IMG/VR virus record: IMGVR_UViG_3300035520_001285
Location: 1-64,000 of that record
Reading direction: 5' to 3' (one strand)
Length of the DNA stretch: 64,000 nt
From: a virus
Lineage: Duplodnaviria > Caudoviricetes
The stretch's first letter is position 1; each line of letters begins with the position of its first letter. A model generated the notes under the pieces. It was not told the origin of the DNA and did not search any database. It saw nothing but the letters and a program-made list of their open reading frames with translations. The position numbers and the translations under genes are program-made. Positions 17,981 to 27,907 of the stretch are shown here, in pieces.

Positions 17981-18529
17981 ATGAGGCAACCACAACGAAA
18001 AAGCACTCCTAAACCAAGGAATAATACTAAAACAAAATTAGTTAATAGAAGACCACCTTCAAATATTGAAAGAAGCGGAGAAGAATCAAAGAAGCCAAGA
18101 AAAAGAGTTTATAAAAATGATAAACAAAAAGAACATGCCGAATATGGCACTTCTAAGTTAGAAGAAAAATTCGCTAAGAATTTCTTGGATAAATTAGGGC
18201 TTGCTTATGTTTACCAATATAAGATGGTTTCTATTGGAAGATATGCTGATTTTAGAATAGAACCACGTGGACCGATTATTGAAATACAAGGCTCTTATTG
18301 GCATGGGGACAAAAGATTATATGAAGATAAAGAGTTAAACGGAACCCAACGGCATAGTAAATTTGTGGATGAAATAAAACGCAAATGGTGTTCAAGAAAT
18401 GGTATTCCTTTGATTTGTATATGGGAAAAGGATATAAACGAAAAACCTAAAGAAGTTTTAGAGTATCTTAAACAAATTTTAGCCCCATGGATTGATGGCT
18501 CAATAAATGAAATGAAGAAAAGACATTAA
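17981..18529 (+). CDS. PD-(D/E)xK endonuclease, DUF559/Vsr-like
   Basis: RYADF...IIEIQGSYWHGD...DEIKRKWCSRNGIPLICIWEKDI; first ATG at 17981. Confidence 0.75.
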   Translation: MRQPQRKSTPKPRNNTKTKLVNRRPPSNIERSGEESKKPRKRVYKNDKQKEHAEYGTSKLEEKFAKNFLDKLGLAYVYQYKMVSIGRYADFRIEPRGPIIEIQGSYWHGDKRLYEDKELNGTQRHSKFVDEIKRKWCSRNGIPLICIWEKDINEKPKEVLEYLKQILAPWIDGSINEMKKRH

Positions 18530-18539
18530 AAAAACGTAA

Positions 18540-19076
18540 ATGCTTGCTAAAATACTACTATCTGTAATTGATACAGACAATATAGATTTTGATAATAGTG
18601 AGAGTCTTGGAATAGATGAATACTTTGATAAGCTAACTGAAAGCATATCAAAAGGTGGAGACTATAGCTTGTATTCTGAAAGCGACTTAGAACGGTTATC
18701 AAAAGTAGACAACAAATACAAGACCTTTGAAATAAAAACCTATGTAAGAGATATTAAGGGTGGGGAAATAGATAATTCCTTATTGGAAGAAAGATTGTCT
18801 GATGGGAGAAACTTACTTCTTATTTTAGATTTAGACCCTGACATTGACTTTGATGCGCAAGATGAGATAAATTTATGGTTAGGCGTATCAAAGAAAATTA
18901 TAGACACCAAGCTTTTAACTGACAAGGAGAAAATATTAAATCTACCATCCAAAACATTACAGTTAATTACGAAACAAGGTAAATATACTTTGAATGGGTG
19001 TAAAATTGTAAAAATTTATACTAATTCAAAAAAACCATTTGAATTTGCAATCATAATCAACGAAATAACTCAATAA
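18540..19076 (+). CDS. Hypothetical protein
   Basis: 178-aa ORF co-oriented in the operon. Confidence 0.65.
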   Translation: MLAKILLSVIDTDNIDFDNSESLGIDEYFDKLTESISKGGDYSLYSESDLERLSKVDNKYKTFEIKTYVRDIKGGEIDNSLLEERLSDGRNLLLILDLDPDIDFDAQDEINLWLGVSKKIIDTKLLTDKEKILNLPSKTLQLITKQGKYTLNGCKIVKIYTNSKKPFEFAIIINEITQ

Positions 19077-19087
19077 TTTTTTCAATA

Positions 19088-20542
19088 ATGGCAAAGAACA
19101 ACAATCCTCAAAACGTAGGGGAAGAAGACATTCAGAAGGGGCTTGAAAGATTAAGAAATTCATACATAATGTATGAAAAAACTAAAGCCGAAACAATTGA
19201 ACAACGTACTAATGCCGTTGATAAAAATGGCAATAAGAAATACTCGCCTTCAAGCCTTAAAGATACTTTGGCATTAATTGAAACGATGCAGCAAGATATT
19301 ATGACCCAATACATTCAACTTGGTGGTGATAAAGCCGACCTTGAAAATTTGAGTCCTAAAAAGAAAACTCAAAACCGAAAGAAACTTTTTGAACAAATTC
19401 TTGCAAGAGAAAAAAGCCAAGCCGCTATTAATATGGAAGAACAAATAAATAACGAGCCTGTAATTGAAGAAGGTGATATTGCGCCAAGCCCGACATATAC
19501 CATGGAAGATTTACCTAACTATGAGAGAAAAGAGGAAGAAGTAACTCCTGATGAATTCAAAGCTAAAGAAAACATTGAAAAGCCTGAAATCGTAACCGTT
19601 AATGAAGAACCTCAACATACGCCATCCGTAGGACTTGACCCAACAAAGGCTACATTTAACAGCGTAAAATATGATGTGATACCCCTTCCCTCAAACGGTG
19701 AGTGTTACAAGAATAAAATGACTAAAATTCCCGTGGCTTATCTTACCGCTTATGATGAAAATTTGATTGTATCACCTAACCTTTATAAAGACGGTACTTT
19801 CTTGGATTATATCTTAAAGAGTAAAATTATCACCAATGAAATCGAAGCCGATGATTTACTCCCTGGTGATAGGGACGCAATTATTCTTTGGCTTAGAGCA
19901 AGTGGTTATGGCCCCGAATTTCCTGTAACCGCAACTGATAATGCAACAGGTGAAAAGTTTGATGCTATTGTTGACCTTACTAAACTCAAATACAAAAAGT
20001 TTAATCTTAAAGCCGATAGAAATGGCTACTTTGGTTTTGAATTGCCGTTTAGTAAAGACAAAATCAAATTTAAATTCTTAACCTATAAAGACACAAAGGT
20101 CCTTGATGAGCTTGATATTGATGAGAACCTTAATATCAAGAAAACTAAATTGGAAGAACTTTATGAAAGATTAGGCGAATATATCAATAATGATACTGAC
20201 ATTAACCGAAGTTTGAAAATCAAACTTTCAGATTCAATGAAGGGTATTAGGGAATATATTGACTCAATTAAGGCTGATGATGACGCATTATTCACCCACT
20301 CGGTAACGAATAAATTGGAGGCATCAATCGTTTCAATTAATGGCATATCTGATAGAAAATATATTAAGCAATATGTCGAATATATGAATGTTAGAGATTC
20401 ATCCGCCTTGAGGAAATTCATTATTGAAAACGAGCCTGGCATCGATTTTAATGTTGAAGTGCAACGCCCTGAGAGTCTGGGAGGTGGCTCAGTGAAGATG
20501 TTTCTCACGCTTGACCAATTTATTTTTCTCACAGTTGCCTGA
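19088..20542 (+). CDS. Baseplate hub/tail assembly chaperone (T4 gp26-like C-terminal domain) with a long acidic N-terminal extension
   Basis: IPLPSNG...VAYLTAYDENL...DLLPGDRDAIILWLRASGYG...IKFKFLT.KD; upstream of the tape measure gene. Confidence 0.65.
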   Translation: MAKNNNPQNVGEEDIQKGLERLRNSYIMYEKTKAETIEQRTNAVDKNGNKKYSPSSLKDTLALIETMQQDIMTQYIQLGGDKADLENLSPKKKTQNRKKLFEQILAREKSQAAINMEEQINNEPVIEEGDIAPSPTYTMEDLPNYERKEEEVTPDEFKAKENIEKPEIVTVNEEPQHTPSVGLDPTKATFNSVKYDVIPLPSNGECYKNKMTKIPVAYLTAYDENLIVSPNLYKDGTFLDYILKSKIITNEIEADDLLPGDRDAIILWLRASGYGPEFPVTATDNATGEKFDAIVDLTKLKYKKFNLKADRNGYFGFELPFSKDKIKFKFLTYKDTKVLDELDIDENLNIKKTKLEELYERLGEYINNDTDINRSLKIKLSDSMKGIREYIDSIKADDDALFTHSVTNKLEASIVSINGISDRKYIKQYVEYMNVRDSSALRKFIIENEPGIDFNVEVQRPESLGGGSVKMFLTLDQFIFLTVA

Positions 20543-20771
20543 AAATTATGAACAGGCTTTTTGGGATGAAATCTATGGATGTGTTCAATATATAGGTTTA
20601 CCATATGAAACAGTAATGTCTATGCCTGTTCAAAATAGGAAGATTTGGATTCAAAAACACAATATAGAGCAAGCTAAACGTGATAATCCTAATAATGATT
20701 CAGGTGGCATTAGTGGGGAAGCATTAAATGGTTACGCACGTATTGAACAACAAAAGCTTAAAACTCAATGA
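20511..20771 (+). CDS. Small tail assembly factor (gp51-like or GT-type chaperone tail); no in-frame upstream ATG
   Basis: FWDEIYGCVQYIGLPYETVMSMPVQNRKIWI resembles chaperone C-terminal modules; overlaps the previous gene in the +1 frame. Confidence 0.55.
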   Translation: MTNLFFSQLPENYEQAFWDEIYGCVQYIGLPYETVMSMPVQNRKIWIQKHNIEQAKRDNPNNDSGGISGEALNGYARIEQQKLKTQ

Positions 20772-20780
20772 ACACCGCTT

Positions 20781-20813
20781 ATATCCTGTCATTCTTTAGT
20801 GGCAGGATATTTG
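20781..20813 (+). terminator. Terminator-like hairpin
   Basis: ATATCCTGTCA / TGGCAGGATAT stem followed by TT. Confidence 0.5.
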
Positions 20814-20857
20814 GTTTTAAGGATATTTATATGCAAGAGCAAGTTAAACATTTTTAA

Positions 20858-23800
20858 ATGGCTGATTCAGGTAATAAAGAAGTGGCTGATGCCTTAAAAG
20901 ATTTAAAAAAGACCTTAGAGGATTACGGTTATGTAGGCAATGTAGGGCAAACCCCAATGTATAGTGAGGAAGCCTTACAAGCTCGTGATGCCTTAAGGGA
21001 AGCCACAGCAAAACTTAAATATTTCACAGATGAATTAGGTGGTGATGCATCACAGGCCATAAAAGACTATGGCGATGACATAAAGAAACTTAAAGAAGCC
21101 AGTAGGTCATTTTACCGTGAAATAGTTAGGCTTAATGAGAAAAAAAGAACAACAGGACTTTCTGACTCTGAAAAAGCTGATTTAAAAACCGCACAAGAAT
21201 TAAGGAGGGAAGCTCGTGAGGAAATAAAGGGGCTTCAAGAGAAAACCAAACTTGCACAGGAATATCTTGATGCAGGGAAAACCGAATTAGACTATAAAAC
21301 CGAAGCCCTCAAAAAACAGCTTGAAGAGCAGAGGGTTTTAAAGAAAATCAACGAAGAGCTTACCTACCAAAATAAGAAATTAGACGAAGGCGTAACATTC
21401 CAAGAGCGCACCAACCATTTCCTGAATCAGCACGTAATGAACGTGAGAAAATTCTCTAATGGATGGAATGAACTTAAAAGGAATGGGCAAGAATTACTAA
21501 ATAACGCCAAGGAGTTAATGAAACCTTGGGGTGTTATTGACCAAGCCGCCGCTAACTACGCTAAACATATAGGCCAATCTCGTGCTCAATTTGGTTTATT
21601 AAGACACGAAATTCTTACTTTTGCAAGGGATAAACATATTGAAGAAAGGTATAATACAAGTGCAGCTGAATTAATTCAGATGCAAGAACAATATGGCCTT
21701 GCGACAAATAGGAATACAGGCACAACCGAAGCTGACAAGGAGAATCTTGCAGGATTAAAAGTTCTTACAGGTTCAACTGATGCTGCAGCAAAAACCGCCG
21801 CCCTATTTGATAGTTTTGCCATGAATCTATCAAGTGGTGCTGATAGAATTGCCGACATATTCAAAAAATCTCAAAAACATGGCATTGCGTTTGCGAAGTA
21901 TTCTGAGATATTTACTAATAATTTAAAACTCGCTCAAACATATACCTTTAGAAACGGGTTAAAGGGCTTATCGGCAATGGCAGAAAAATCCGCTGCATTA
22001 AGACTTGATATGCAACAAGTTGCTAATGCTGCCGATAAGGTTTCCACTCTCGAAGGCGCTATGCAAGCAGGTGCTCAACTGTCTGTATTAGGCGGCCCAT
22101 TCTCATCTTTTGGCAATCCATTACAACTCTTAAGTGAGGGTTTAATGGATATGGAATCATTGCAAGATAGGATTATTGCGATGTTTGGTGAGTTTGCTAA
22201 ATTTAATCAAGCTACAGGGCAATTAGAAGTTAGTGCTTTCAACCGACAAAGAGTAAAGGCCGCTGCTGATGCTATGGGTATGAACTACCAATATGTCATG
22301 GATATGATATATGCTAAAGGTAGAAGAAATATCTTAGAGCCTTCAGTTAATTCCATCACATCTAACAAAGACGAAAGGGAATTATTGCTCAACAAAGCAC
22401 AGCTCGATGAAAATGGGCAAGGATATGTTGTTGTTAATGGCCAAAAGAAATATCTTTCTAAGGGCAGAGAAAACTCAATCACTAAAGAAGATATTAGCCA
22501 CTTAACAAGAACGAACTTCAAAGATAGTGATAATATTGCAACTATTGCTTCAACATTACTTGGTTGGGAAGACCGATTAGAGGCTTTTCAAAAAGGCATT
22601 GATGATAGTAAGGCTAATATAGTCGAGCAGACAGGTGCTTATAAAGCCGCTGATAAAATCCTCAATGAGGCCACGAAACACACTGCAATGATAGGTGCTA
22701 TTCAGACACTTGTTCAGACTATGGCTATTGGTATGAATATTTTGGCCATGGGCAATGGTTTCGGTAATATGATGGGTAGTTTTGGTGGCAAAGGTGTAGC
22801 AAAATTAAGTCCAAACCCAATAGTTGGCGGAGGTGGGGCGGGTACAAGCACAGCTCCAATGGTAACAGGTGCAAATGCTGCAAAATTTAGTGGTGTTCGT
22901 GCTAATTACAATGCCGCTTATAATGCTGCAGGAGGTATGGGAATAAAAGCAGGGTGGAATAGTGCTTATGGGGCCGCAAGAACCGCTGGTGCGGGTCGAT
23001 TCGGCGCAGGTACAAAAGCTGCAGGAGCTGTAATGGGAAAAGGCTTCAGTAATATGGGCTCATACGGTGTACCTGCTATGTTGTTAGGCATGGTTGGTTC
23101 AGCAGCAGGTGATTATATGAAACAAGATGCACAAAATGGCTTGGACGAAGGTAAAGATAACGATTCTACACGAAGTAAATACAAATGGGGTGGCTCTCTA
23201 AGTAAAGCCTCATCATGGGCAGGAATGGGCGCAATGGTAGGTAGCTTCTTTGGACCGTGGGGTACTGCAATCGGTGCCATTGTGGGTGGTATCGCAGGCG
23301 GTATTGCAGGTTATCAAGAAGGCAAAGACAATTTGGAAATGAAAGACCGTAAAAAGTCTATATACAAAAAGAGCGGCGAAAGAATGGCCCTTAATGATGA
23401 ATATGAACTTGATACCCTTAGGAGTATAGACAAAGAAGGTACTGCTTACATTGAGCGTAAACCAACTTTACGTGCTAAGATATTTGCCGACACTGGTTTA
23501 ACCCCAATAGATTTAAATGAAATTCATGCTGATGGTTTTAAAGATGGCGGTATTGTAAAAGGAAGAGGCAATGAGACTTCGGACTCTAATTTAGCATTAC
23601 TATCCAATAATGAATACGTAATGCCTGCTAACAGGGTAACTCAACCTCAAAATAGAATGATACTTGATTCCATGCGAGACGGAAGGCAAATGCAAATCAT
23701 GAAAGTTGCAAGTACTACGCCTACAAACATAACTCCTGTAACAAGTGTAACACCTCAAAAGATTGAATTCTCACCAATTAATTTAAGTGGCACAATCAAA

Positions 23801-23953
23801 TTAGATTTAGGTGGCTATTCAAAAGATGTTGACTCTAAGGCATTATTAAACAATCCGTTATTCTTAAAACATATAACTGATGAAGTAATGAAACGAGTTA
23901 ATACCCAAACTCATGGTGGCTATGACAAAAATAGTTTCTATAAGAAATTCTAA
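20858..23953 (+). CDS. Tape measure protein
   Basis: 1031 aa, helical and Ala-rich, with a Gly/Ala-rich hydrophobic region and C-terminal DGGIVKG...SDSNLALLSNNEYVMPA; follows the chaperone genes. Confidence 0.8.
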   Translation: MADSGNKEVADALKDLKKTLEDYGYVGNVGQTPMYSEEALQARDALREATAKLKYFTDELGGDASQAIKDYGDDIKKLKEASRSFYREIVRLNEKKRTTGLSDSEKADLKTAQELRREAREEIKGLQEKTKLAQEYLDAGKTELDYKTEALKKQLEEQRVLKKINEELTYQNKKLDEGVTFQERTNHFLNQHVMNVRKFSNGWNELKRNGQELLNNAKELMKPWGVIDQAAANYAKHIGQSRAQFGLLRHEILTFARDKHIEERYNTSAAELIQMQEQYGLATNRNTGTTEADKENLAGLKVLTGSTDAAAKTAALFDSFAMNLSSGADRIADIFKKSQKHGIAFAKYSEIFTNNLKLAQTYTFRNGLKGLSAMAEKSAALRLDMQQVANAADKVSTLEGAMQAGAQLSVLGGPFSSFGNPLQLLSEGLMDMESLQDRIIAMFGEFAKFNQATGQLEVSAFNRQRVKAAADAMGMNYQYVMDMIYAKGRRNILEPSVNSITSNKDERELLLNKAQLDENGQGYVVVNGQKKYLSKGRENSITKEDISHLTRTNFKDSDNIATIASTLLGWEDRLEAFQKGIDDSKANIVEQTGAYKAADKILNEATKHTAMIGAIQTLVQTMAIGMNILAMGNGFGNMMGSFGGKGVAKLSPNPIVGGGGAGTSTAPMVTGANAAKFSGVRANYNAAYNAAGGMGIKAGWNSAYGAARTAGAGRFGAGTKAAGAVMGKGFSNMGSYGVPAMLLGMVGSAAGDYMKQDAQNGLDEGKDNDSTRSKYKWGGSLSKASSWAGMGAMVGSFFGPWGTAIGAIVGGIAGGIAGYQEGKDNLEMKDRKKSIYKKSGERMALNDEYELDTLRSIDKEGTAYIERKPTLRAKIFADTGLTPIDLNEIHADGFKDGGIVKGRGNETSDSNLALLSNNEYVMPANRVTQPQNRMILDSMRDGRQMQIMKVASTTPTNITPVTSVTPQKIEFSPINLSGTIKLDLGGYSKDVDSKALLNNPLFLKHITDEVMKRVNTQTHGGYDKNSFYKKF

Positions 23954-23966
23954 CATAGAAGAAAAA

Positions 23967-26900
23967 ATGAATTCTGAAAAGACAAAACAAGTTAAAAGTG
24001 TTCTTTTTAAGAATGCAGATATACGTACTCAACAATTATTGAAAAACAAAGGCAAATATTCTCAATATGATGGTGTACTCAACCCTGCTATTGGTGAATA
24101 TTATGAAATACGTAATTTAAGTGCTCCTTCGCTTATGGACGATAAGGGGCTATTCTCATATACACTTGACGACAAATCAGAATACAGTGCTTCTATCTTA
24201 CAGAAATACTTTAAAACTGCTGAATCAAGAGAAAATGCTGAGGTATACAGTGTTAACAATAACGTTGTTACCGATAGATGGAATGGGGCTTATGACGATT
24301 ATAGGGACTATGTAGATTATGTTTTTAATAATGGCTCAGCTGTTTACACATATATAAATGATGCACTTTCTACCGTAAACATCGAGAATGCATTAAGAAA
24401 AATGGAAGTTGGTGTAGTAGACCACTTAAATGTAGCTACCGCATTGGCAGGTGAAGTTACGACCAATCCAAACCTTGCAAATACTACTAAAGATATATTC
24501 AATTGGGATTTAACTACAGGCAAAGCAGATATTAGTAATGAGTCAAAATTGGGTTTAATTACTAACTATATGTATGCTCAAAGCCTTTACAATGGTGCAA
24601 CATTTAATTCGACAAGAGGAACAAAATATTTAACCCCTGGTCTTGAAAGCGAATATGGCAACAACCTCGCAACCATTAACAAATTAAGTGATATTCTTTG
24701 GATAGATTCATCTACTGGGCGTGTTAGGAACATGTTTGGCAATGGAACACAAGTATTGAAATATTCAGAAGCAAGCAATGAAAACGATGGTAGTTATGAA
24801 TATCTTCAAGACCAAATGCTTGCATTCTTGAATGAAGACACCCCCTTATTCGGAAACTCTATACAGCGTGGCAAATATAGCCCCACATCAAAATATGATG
24901 GGAATGTTGAAACCCAAAAGGTTGTAAATTATCGAAACGATGGTAACACGCTTTACAGCAGTAAAATCGTACACATAGTACATGATGATATAATACCCAA
25001 AAAGAAACCCGAAGAAGAGACCGAAGGAACTGCAAAAAAGGTTAATGAGAAAATACCCACAGACTATTCTGATTATGACTTCGATGAATACAATGTTAAT
25101 CAAGATGTTAGTAGTAAAGATTTATTGTCAAAAACAAATGCATTGTTTAAAGAAAAAGTCATAAAAACTATGATAGGTGCTTTCTGCACAGGTAAAATTC
25201 GTGATGAAAATAGCACCAAGGATAACGCCGTGGATAGCACATATGGAAATGCACATGGTAGAGCATTGAAAAAACTTAATCATAGCACCTCGAAAACACA
25301 TACTTTAGATGACCCATATTGCCGTTCATGGGCATATCACAAACAATACCGAAAGTACAGCGATGCAATCAGACCGTTTATGAATGATTCTGTCCCTTAC
25401 TCTATTGAAGAAGTACAGGGGTGGATTACAAGATATCGTGCCCAAAATTCAGGCTATACAAACGGAGATAAATACTTAGCCGATAATACTGTACTAACCA
25501 ATACAGGGCTTGTTTCTATTACCCCTAAAGAATCGAATTTAACAAACAATGTCCAAAGATATATGTTCTCTATAGAGAACTTAGCATGGACGGGTAGATT
25601 AAATTCTTTAGAAAAAGAGCAACGTGGGCCTAATGGCGGTAGAGTAATGTGGTTTCCACCATACGATTTGGATTTTCAAGAAAACGTTTCAGTAGATTGG
25701 AGTGGTAATTCTTTTATTGGCCGTGGCGAAAAAGTATATACATATTCAAATACTAATAGGACAGCATCATTGAATTTTACATTACTTATTGACCATCCAT
25801 CAATAATTAATGAATTACATGATGCTGATGCACAGCAAGGTGATGGAACCCCAGATATTGACGCTGATATATTAAGATTCTTTGCAGGGTGTCAACCGTT
25901 AAATAAAAAATATGAGGCATCAGGAGAAACAGCCAATACTGAAACAGCACCTAATAATGATATTCAAGAAGGGGAAGCTACTGGCGGCGAAATTATATTC
26001 CCAGTATTTTTTCCCAACAACTATTCAGGTTTAATGAATGAACTTAGTGCCGATACATGGAGTAAATCTAATTCATTTTTAGGAGATTCTGATTGGTATC
26101 AATACCTATTGTTTGGTAAAAACGTCTCGGCTTCAGATGGTAATGGTTATGAGATGTCTAATAGTGGCATCACCGATTTGAATTCAAGTGACGGAATTTT
26201 ACCATGTAGTAAAAATAGGCCAATTAGCTCTTTTGGTAATTTTGAAGGTTGCGGCAAATATGGTGAATATGATGACCAAAAAGATAAAGCTGAAAGAACA
26301 TATAAATACCGTGTTGACTTTGACCTTAGGCAACACTCTTTATTGGTAAATGGGAGTACCAATAACTATAGAGATAATAGTGGTCATAAGTATAATTTAG
26401 ATATAAATGCATGTAAGAGTGGGGCTAATTTTTCCAATTGCAACTATTCGTTTGCTGAGGTTGTGTGTGCATTAGATGATGATGTATGCAATAAATTAGG
26501 CAAAAATAATGACGAAAGAGTTAAGGCCCTTAAGGAGATATTTGAACAAAACAATATTGATAGCATAAAGGCTTACGGTAGTGCAACTGCTCAGGACACC
26601 AAGAATTCTAACACATTAGCCAAAAGAAGGGCGTTGAATACAGGCCGATGGTTTAGAGACCATTTAGCAACTTATGCTACAGACGATAATTTCACTACAG
26701 GCGAAGTGCCATACGAAATAATGAAGTTTGAAAACTCAATTGGCTCAAGTGGTAAAGACATTAATCAAGAGGAGGCTAAATTAGAGCGAAGTGCAAAAAT
26801 TCATATTACTTATGGTAATGCCAAAATGTCTGACGAACCCACATTTGACAGCACTGTAAATGAAGAAGATTCAAATACTGCACAATATACCATTAAGTTA

Positions 26901-27509
26901 GGAGAAACCTATAATGAGAGATATGGAGATGAATATAAATTCTTCAAAAATATTGAAGTAACTGACCCGTTTGTTTATAAGAAAATAAAGGATAAATACG
27001 ATTATTTCACTCCTGTTTTTCATTCGCTTTCTCCTGAGGGCTTTAATGCAAGATTAAACTTCTTACATCAATGTACAAGACAAGGCCACACCATATCGGC
27101 TTCTGAGCAAACATTATATACTCCTGTTGCAGCTACTGCGGGTAATTTGTCTTTTGGCCGACAACCTGTTATTGTTTTAAAGATAGGTGATTTCATTAAT
27201 ACAAGGGCCGTTATTCAGTCAATGAATATCAATTATTCAATGGACGGTATGCAGTGGGATTTGAATCCTGAAGGTGCAGGTGTACAGCCAATGTTCGCTA
27301 AAGTCAGTATGAATATCGTAATTCTTGGTGGTATGTCGCTCAATGCCCCTATTAACAGATTACAAAATGCTCATACGTTTGACTATTATGCAAACTCTGG
27401 CGTTTATGATAATCGTGCTGATAGAGTTGATGTTAATTTGGATAGCAGTGGTGCAGTTACGTCTGTTACATATAAAAACCTATTTGAACCAACAACTTCA
27501 AGCGAATAA
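23967..27509 (+). CDS. Baseplate/tail-tube initiator-like protein with an internal OmpA-like domain
   Basis: WFPPYDLDFQENVSVDWSGNSFIGRGEKVYTYSNTNRTASLNF resembles tube-initiator domains; AYGSATAQD...NTLAKRRA resembles an OmpA C-terminal motif. Likely ATG at 23967. Confidence 0.55.
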   Translation: MNSEKTKQVKSVLFKNADIRTQQLLKNKGKYSQYDGVLNPAIGEYYEIRNLSAPSLMDDKGLFSYTLDDKSEYSASILQKYFKTAESRENAEVYSVNNNVVTDRWNGAYDDYRDYVDYVFNNGSAVYTYINDALSTVNIENALRKMEVGVVDHLNVATALAGEVTTNPNLANTTKDIFNWDLTTGKADISNESKLGLITNYMYAQSLYNGATFNSTRGTKYLTPGLESEYGNNLATINKLSDILWIDSSTGRVRNMFGNGTQVLKYSEASNENDGSYEYLQDQMLAFLNEDTPLFGNSIQRGKYSPTSKYDGNVETQKVVNYRNDGNTLYSSKIVHIVHDDIIPKKKPEEETEGTAKKVNEKIPTDYSDYDFDEYNVNQDVSSKDLLSKTNALFKEKVIKTMIGAFCTGKIRDENSTKDNAVDSTYGNAHGRALKKLNHSTSKTHTLDDPYCRSWAYHKQYRKYSDAIRPFMNDSVPYSIEEVQGWITRYRAQNSGYTNGDKYLADNTVLTNTGLVSITPKESNLTNNVQRYMFSIENLAWTGRLNSLEKEQRGPNGGRVMWFPPYDLDFQENVSVDWSGNSFIGRGEKVYTYSNTNRTASLNFTLLIDHPSIINELHDADAQQGDGTPDIDADILRFFAGCQPLNKKYEASGETANTETAPNNDIQEGEATGGEIIFPVFFPNNYSGLMNELSADTWSKSNSFLGDSDWYQYLLFGKNVSASDGNGYEMSNSGITDLNSSDGILPCSKNRPISSFGNFEGCGKYGEYDDQKDKAERTYKYRVDFDLRQHSLLVNGSTNNYRDNSGHKYNLDINACKSGANFSNCNYSFAEVVCALDDDVCNKLGKNNDERVKALKEIFEQNNIDSIKAYGSATAQDTKNSNTLAKRRALNTGRWFRDHLATYATDDNFTTGEVPYEIMKFENSIGSSGKDINQEEAKLERSAKIHITYGNAKMSDEPTFDSTVNEEDSNTAQYTIKLGETYNERYGDEYKFFKNIEVTDPFVYKKIKDKYDYFTPVFHSLSPEGFNARLNFLHQCTRQGHTISASEQTLYTPVAATAGNLSFGRQPVIVLKIGDFINTRAVIQSMNINYSMDGMQWDLNPEGAGVQPMFAKVSMNIVILGGMSLNAPINRLQNAHTFDYYANSGVYDNRADRVDVNLDSSGAVTSVTYKNLFEPTTSSE

Positions 27510-27538
27510 TAAACGGATGATTAAAGAACTTTAGAAAT

Positions 27539-27856
27539 ATGTCTTACAACATTTATTCAAAACTCACTATAAATGGTGGAATTAAAAAGATTCCACCTAT
27601 TAGTTTATCTACACGAAGTACAGACTACTATATCCAATATAAAAAAGGAAGTACACGTTTAGACAATATTTCTTATGACTATTATGGTGACCCAAATTAT
27701 GATTGGCTAATATTAGAGGCCAATAGAGATATTGCTTTGTTTGAGTTTAATATTCCTGATGGGGCAACATTGAGGATACCATACCCATTGACAAGTTACA
27801 TAGAAGAAATCAATAGTAAAATTGAATCATATAATGCCTTATACGGTATTGATTGA
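27539..27856 (+). CDS. LysM-like baseplate wedge protein (gp53/tail X-like)
   Basis: RLDNISYDYYGDPNYDWLILEAN...IPDGATLRIP. Confidence 0.75.
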   Translation: MSYNIYSKLTINGGIKKIPPISLSTRSTDYYIQYKKGSTRLDNISYDYYGDPNYDWLILEANRDIALFEFNIPDGATLRIPYPLTSYIEEINSKIESYNALYGID

Positions 27857-27907
27857 TTTTCTGTATTTTGAAAGGTAAATTTTTAAGAAAGTTAGATTGT
27901 TTACTAA

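Noticed and set aside
17981-18529. Nuclease as part of a defence or restriction-modification system
   Set aside because: No adjacent methyltransferase or partner gene; solitary DUF559-like nucleases are common in large phages.
22740-23330. Gly/Ala-rich quasi-repeats in the tape measure gene as a separate toxin or repeat element
   Set aside because: Such hydrophobic Gly-rich segments are ordinary in tape measure proteins.
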